From the NCBI GenBank assembly GCA_051362555.1, contig CM120647.1, positions 992,001 to 1,056,000 of the forward strand: a DNA stretch of 64,000 nucleotides. The letters run 5' to 3'. The stretch is from Lingula anatina (lineage: Eukaryota > Animalia > Brachiopoda). The position numbers and the translations under genes were made by a program. Positions 58,671-64,000 of this stretch are shown piece by piece; position 1 is the stretch's first letter, and the number at the start of each line of letters is the position of its first letter. Below the pieces are notes generated by a model that was given only the letters and a program-made list of their open reading frames with translations, searched no databases and was not told where the DNA came from.

Positions 58671-58927
58671 TGGAAACCATTCCCAGACCCTATCGTAGGC
58701 CTACTAACTGTGGATCGATCCATCTCCGAGGGGATTCTCGCTAAATGGGCTTCGGGGGCTTAGATGTCTGTCACGCCTACTGAAGCTGCTAGGGGTAATT
58801 AATTATCGTTTAGCAGCTTCAGTAGCATGCCAAGCATCTAAGCCGCTTTAGCTGAAAGCAATTTAGCGAGAAGCCCCTTGGAGGTAGATCGATCCTGTTA
58901 GATCGATCTTGGTATGGGAACCCAGTC
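58671..58927 (+). mobile_element. MITE family B
   Basis: ggaaaccattcccagaccctatcg...gatcgatcttggtatgggaacccagtc. Confidence 0.8.
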
Positions 58928-60078
58928 TAAAGACGAATTCTTGAGCCCACATTTGCTTGCACGTGGTGCACTTGGGATTTTTAAAAACAGTGCTCAATAA
59001 TTGCAGGGATCTTGTAATGGTTGATTAATAAAATGCCCGAGCGCCATAATTAAGCGTCTATAGTACTTAAATCTGCTGTCTGTATGGGCTGTGGGTTTGT
59101 GATTGCCGTTTGTTTATAAAACTGCCAATTAATTTTTACAGCCTGTATCGGACCTGAATGGATTTGATTGACACCTGTCAATTAGGGGACGTAAAAGTTG
59201 GCAGTTTTACATGCCAGGCATATATAGTTATCAACTGCGCAATAATCGTGATTGGCGTTTGTTCAGAAAGCTGTCAATTAAAGTCATGTGCACGTGACAA
59301 CTTCTATCAAAGAAAAGCTGTAAGGCTGACCTGACACCTGTCATCACAATACGCACTGCAGACTGAAGTGGTTCATGGACAAAAAAAATCGTTATTTTAT
59401 CCAAGGCTTGTTCAGGCGCGTACATTTTTTAAGAATGAAGTAGTTTTTTTCTTCAGTCAACAGCTTTATATTGAAAAAGTTTTTACCTGTTGACTGAAGA
59501 AAAGTTACTTCATTTTTATAACATTGGTCCATAACTGATAAAATTCTTCACAGGCGCACAATGCTATTGCGATAGATACTCGACCGGCGAGAGATTTGAC
59601 TTCGGTTATAAAGATTTATTAAATTACAAGACTGATAGAGAAATCCCCTCTAGAATAAGAGAAAGTGAGCTACCTTATATTAAATCAACCATTAAGTACA
59701 CCTATAATGTCTTTATTTAGAGAGCGGTAAAAAAAGCCAATATTGGTATAAGTGGAAAAAGATCGAAGATATTAATGAACAGTTGAGGTACTGGTATCTT
59801 GTAACCCGTGGTGCAATTATGATCTATTCAAATTTCTTCCGTTTTCCTTCGTTCTTTTTTCTTTTATTTCTGGTCGGATGCATGAGGATGGCAGCTTTGG
59901 TTAGCCATTTTGGAAATATGTGTGTGATCGGACAGTTTTGTGCCTCATCTACATGTATATAATGAAATGTTACGTAGTCTTTAACTGGAGGCCTATCGAT
60001 AGTCCGAAGATTTATTGGGCCGAAAAATGGTAACATTTTAATCAGTTTTTTTATCTAGGGTTTATTGCATTGGTCCAA

Positions 60079-60259
60079 GGGGGCGTAGAAATAGTCCGAA
60101 GGTTCAATGGTACGACGGTTCATTGGTCCGAATGTTCACTATAGAACCTTCGGACCAATCAACCCTTGAATAAAAAAATGAAGAAAATGTTACCATTTTT
60201 CGGACCAATGCAGCTTCTGACCTTCTGACCAATGAACCTTCGGACTATTGCTACGGCCC
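60079..60259. mobile_element. MITE, same family as 38377-38545
   Basis: gggggcgtagaaatagtccgaagg / ccttcggactattgctacggccc. Confidence 0.75.
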
Positions 60260-60848
60260 TGTTAAAACTTCAGTGTAAAGTTCTCAGCTGGACAAAATTA
60301 ATAATAATAATAATAATGATAATAATAATAATCAAATTAGGTAATCATAAGCTCAAACTGTGCATTGTATTGCCTGTACATCGTTATATTGTGATGATCA
60401 GTCTGCTGATCGATTTTTCATCTTAGTGTTTTGTAATGTGAACAAATGATCTTGGACGAAACCACGCGTGTTATGTACATGTACGTTTATTGTGTTTCTT
60501 CATCCATCATCGGCTTTTATGGCCTTTGAGAGCTATGTTAGCTGTCTTGTCATGGTACAAGCCTTATAAATATAGTCTAGATGCCATGTACACCAATTGT
60601 AAACGCAGTCAAGAGTACTAGAAAGCGTCTTGTAAACATATGCTAAAGGACATGTGCGTGTTTTTCAAATATATTTTAGAGGACATGCACACGTCTTGTA
60701 AACATAGACTTGAGCATTTTACTTGTAGTCTGGAGCACTTTTATTCTTGATTACACGGATGCATGGTACGTTTGGTGTCCGGAGACAATTTATCATTTTT
60801 TATGTGATCAATAACACGATACAAAAAAGGTTTTAGAAGCAAACTTAA

Positions 60849-61185
60849 AGGGATAATAACTCTTCGTATGAGATCTATATTTCACAATAAAAACATTGTG
60901 AATAACTCATAGAAATATAATATATTCTGTTTTACCACAAAAACGGCAGTTATAGCTATTATTCTGATATCTGAGCTTGTCTTTAGACCACGTGACCTCC
61001 ATTGATGGCTATACTTTGTTAAAATCTCTTAAGAGATTTTAACAAAAAACCAAACTTTTTAGAAAAAAACCAGGGACTAACTTTGAATGTAAAAATAGAT
61101 TCATTAACCCTTGGTAAGTATGGGAAAATTGTTGTTTACTCCAGAAAAATTCATTTTTTGGCCGAAACGAAGAGTTATTATCACT
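60849..61185 (-). mobile_element. Kolobok-like non-autonomous element, 337 bp
   Basis: TTAA TSD; near-identical reverse complement of 8117-8453. Confidence 0.85.
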
Positions 61186-63475
61186 TTAATCTCTGAGCAT
61201 ACGTATTCAGCAAGGGAATGAAATTACGGCAATGGTCAAGTGACATTTACGCGGCGATTAATTCGACGGTCTTGTCTACAAATCCTATATATCATGTTCT
61301 CTTTTGGAATGGGTCCTAATACAGGCACTATGTATCGATTTCAAGAAGGTTTTGTTTTAAATAGTTGATCAATTACATTATAGACGGCCAAACAACTGTA
61401 AAATGCCGTGTCGACGGCTCAAAGGAATCACGAAACAAAGAGGAATTCAATTTGAGAGATATACAGAAGGAAATTTATTGTTTTTTTTTTTATTTTCGGA
61501 AATACACTGCAGAATATTTCAGGAAAGAAGTTCTGTAGTTTGGTTACATTTTGCACCCTCTGGCACAAGCATTTTACGTGAATGTCTGAGATGATGAACG
61601 GGATTCTACACACTTCGCCTTAAATACTTGATCAAATATGTGTCTACTGGGTATGATGCATTCTTTACTTCAGTTCTCTATCCATCCTATTTCCCCCGTG
61701 ACTTAATACGTGAACAGATCCGGATAGCATTCTACTAGTGCAGCAGCAGCATAGCATCCCAGTGAGAAAATGAGAAAGCATAAAAACAGAATTTCCGGAT
61801 AGAAAATAGTCATATTTTCGATGGCAAAAATCCCATGGGCGTTTAAGTTCCCATTTCAGATGGTTTTTACGTTGAAGACTACTGCCTTGTTTTGGTATAC
61901 CGTGATAGAACAGCCGATATCAATGCCTCTTTCACGAGGAAAAAAGAACTATTTTAAGCATCCTTTTTGCGTCAAAATACACTCTAAGTCCACGGGAAAA
62001 CCTCCCATTGACTGGAGGGCAACTGTTCCGTAGTGACGTCAATTGTGACGTAATATAACTCTCCCACCAACATGGAAGTACATGTCAAGCAAGAGAGAGC
62101 AACTAAAACAAGAGTCGTATGTCACATGTTCTAGTCATTTAGTAGCGTTGACGGTGGGCAGACTTTTTTCACACTAGTATAGAGAACATTGCGATAAAAG
62201 TGTGATCTCCAAAAGGGTACATGTAGGTCTGGTCCGTCATTAACTTGTAAGATACTCATTTTCTAAAAAAATGTGTAACGAAATCACCCCTGGTAGAATT
62301 GGAATACATAAGGCAAAAAAAAACGCACATGAGCATGACAATGTTGACAGTGTAAACTTTCGTCACTATGTGAATTATGGTACTGTTTCATATTTGTTGA
62401 GGACAGAGAGAGAATTTTTTCATCCATGCCCCCCCCCCCCCCATCTGCTAACATTTAGCAACACTCAAAACAGGTCTTTGGTGTTCGCCGCACCTGCGTG
62501 TCAAATTAAGATTTTCTCAGGACAAACTGATTTTCTGTGCAACAGGATTCCGGGATTTATTGACAAACTTCGTCAACAGTAAAAGACGGGCAATTACTCG
62601 GAATACTGACATTTTCTGAACAAATTCTCTCTGTCCCATGAGGCGCGTGGCATCGTAAGGCAATGTAATTACACGTGCATTATCTCTGCTAAACACACAT
62701 TTCTGTATGACGCAAACAAGATAAGAGCATAGGTCAATTCTGCAATCTACCAGTCATCTGTAGACAGGTTTTCTGCCTCTCAAACAGCCAGAATTCTGAA
62801 CTTTTTTACTGTTAACAGAGAAACTGTAAATTGTGAACAAAATGACAATTTTATCATAGAACACTGTTTTCATCTTCGACATGACACATATGACACATGG
62901 TGATGGGGACTGTAGTCGCAATAAGTTGACTGCAAGTGGCCACCTTAAATTAAAAAATGTGCAGTGTTCTTGAAAACCTAGTCGCTGAGAAGATACATAA
63001 ACGCTTTTTATTGTTATATAATTGTATAGAAACTGCATTCATGGCATAGCCAGGCAAGTTTTGATATGGACTAAGACATTATTTTGTAAATTTATCCAAT
63101 TGCAAAAGTTTGTATGTGCACTAGGGCGGCTTGGTACAGTGTACATTTGGACTAACCAGTGGATACAATAATGCAGTTGGCCAATAGGCAGTTATTTTAT
63201 GGCTGAAATCTCTACATGACTGGCACCTGTGATGATTTTGCTTTCCTCCGAATTGACTGTGCTCACATACAAAGGGCGCATACTGTTGAATATAATTTTA
63301 ATACATAAAAAGGAATGATCACATGGGCACAACTGTCTGAATGACTGCCATTGCTCCTGCATGTATCAAGTATAGGAATATGTAGAATAAGTTTTTATTT
63401 CAGTGTCAGTTGCGGTTTTTTATTTCAACATTAAAATTTTACAAAAATGTTATTCCGCACTCCTCGCGGTAGAGA

Positions 63476-64000
63476 CTATAAAATAGTGTTATCTGCCGAG
63501 TCCGTTCTTTGGTTGGACTCGTTTCTTAGAATCGAAGATCGCATACTTCTTAAACTGGAGGAGCGACGCTGTAGTCGCCTGTACGTAAACAACGCTCTTA
63601 GTTCTTTTCTGAAGCATGCCCCGGAGATGCTGTACAGGAAAAAATTGACACAGTAGTTGAAAAAGTAGATTGTCCGCGTGACGTGCAGAGCGCCCCGCGA
63701 GTACCGGAAGTCAACGTCGGTCTCGCGGCTGGGGAAGGTTCTGTACATGTGCAGACACCAGGTGACGAAATACGGCATGTTTAACATGACGAAACAGGTG
63801 GAGAGACCGAGAAGAATGATGGTCATTTCCATCCTGATTTTATTCTCTTGAACCTGCACCATGCCGAATACTCCGCGCCTGCGGTTCCGGCTGCGCGCGA
63901 CCAACTTCCGGACCATGAGAACGTTCAACACGCTAATTATTACGAATGGCACGAGGGTGATGCTCATACCGAAAATCATGTCTATGACGTAGGAGAGGGT
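63476..64000 (-). CDS. Rhodopsin-class GPCR, TM5-TM7 and C-tail (FMRFamide/sex-peptide-receptor-like orphan group); 5' part is outside the window
   Basis: Open frame to the window edge: TM5 LVPFVIISVLNVLMVRKL, TM6 MTIILLGLSTCFVMLNMPY, TM7 FNYCVNFFLYSISGACFRKEL; no intron in this segment. Confidence 0.88.
   Translation of the reverse strand, partial: TLSYVIDMIFGMSITLVPFVIISVLNVLMVRKLVARSRNRRRGVFGMVQVQENKIRMEMTIILLGLSTCFVMLNMPYFVTWCLHMYRTFPSRETDVDFRYSRGALHVTRTIYFFNYCVNFFLYSISGACFRKELRALFTYRRLQRRSSSLRSMRSSILRNESNQRTDSADNTIL

Overview
AT-rich animal genomic DNA, most likely a lophotrochozoan such as a mollusc (inferred from the SINE and transposon types). Positions 1-43 kb hold four spliced genes in two head-to-head pairs: NSMCE2 (-, runs off the left edge) with an ASAP-family ArfGAP (+, 25 coding exons, about 1016 aa), then RAB20 (-, 5 exons, 215 aa) with PDCD2L (+, 6 exons, about 521 aa). 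Positions 43-63 kb are gene-free and repeat-rich: a 3.8-kb Academ-like DNA transposon, an RTEX-like LINE fragment, a tRNA-SINE, many MITEs and a 56-bp satellite. The window ends in the 3' half of a rhodopsin-class GPCR (-). I found no convincing new multi-gene system. The best leads are a 42-nt ASAP cassette exon with a TGCATG cluster, six RFX X-boxes inside a PDCD2L coding exon, decoy splice acceptors made by duplication that all read into stops, a perfect fold-back hairpin in a Helentron-like element, and three minisatellites sharing one TGTCACACCTAACAC core. Exons were read by eye from GT-AG boundaries and remembered protein similarity; no searches were run.
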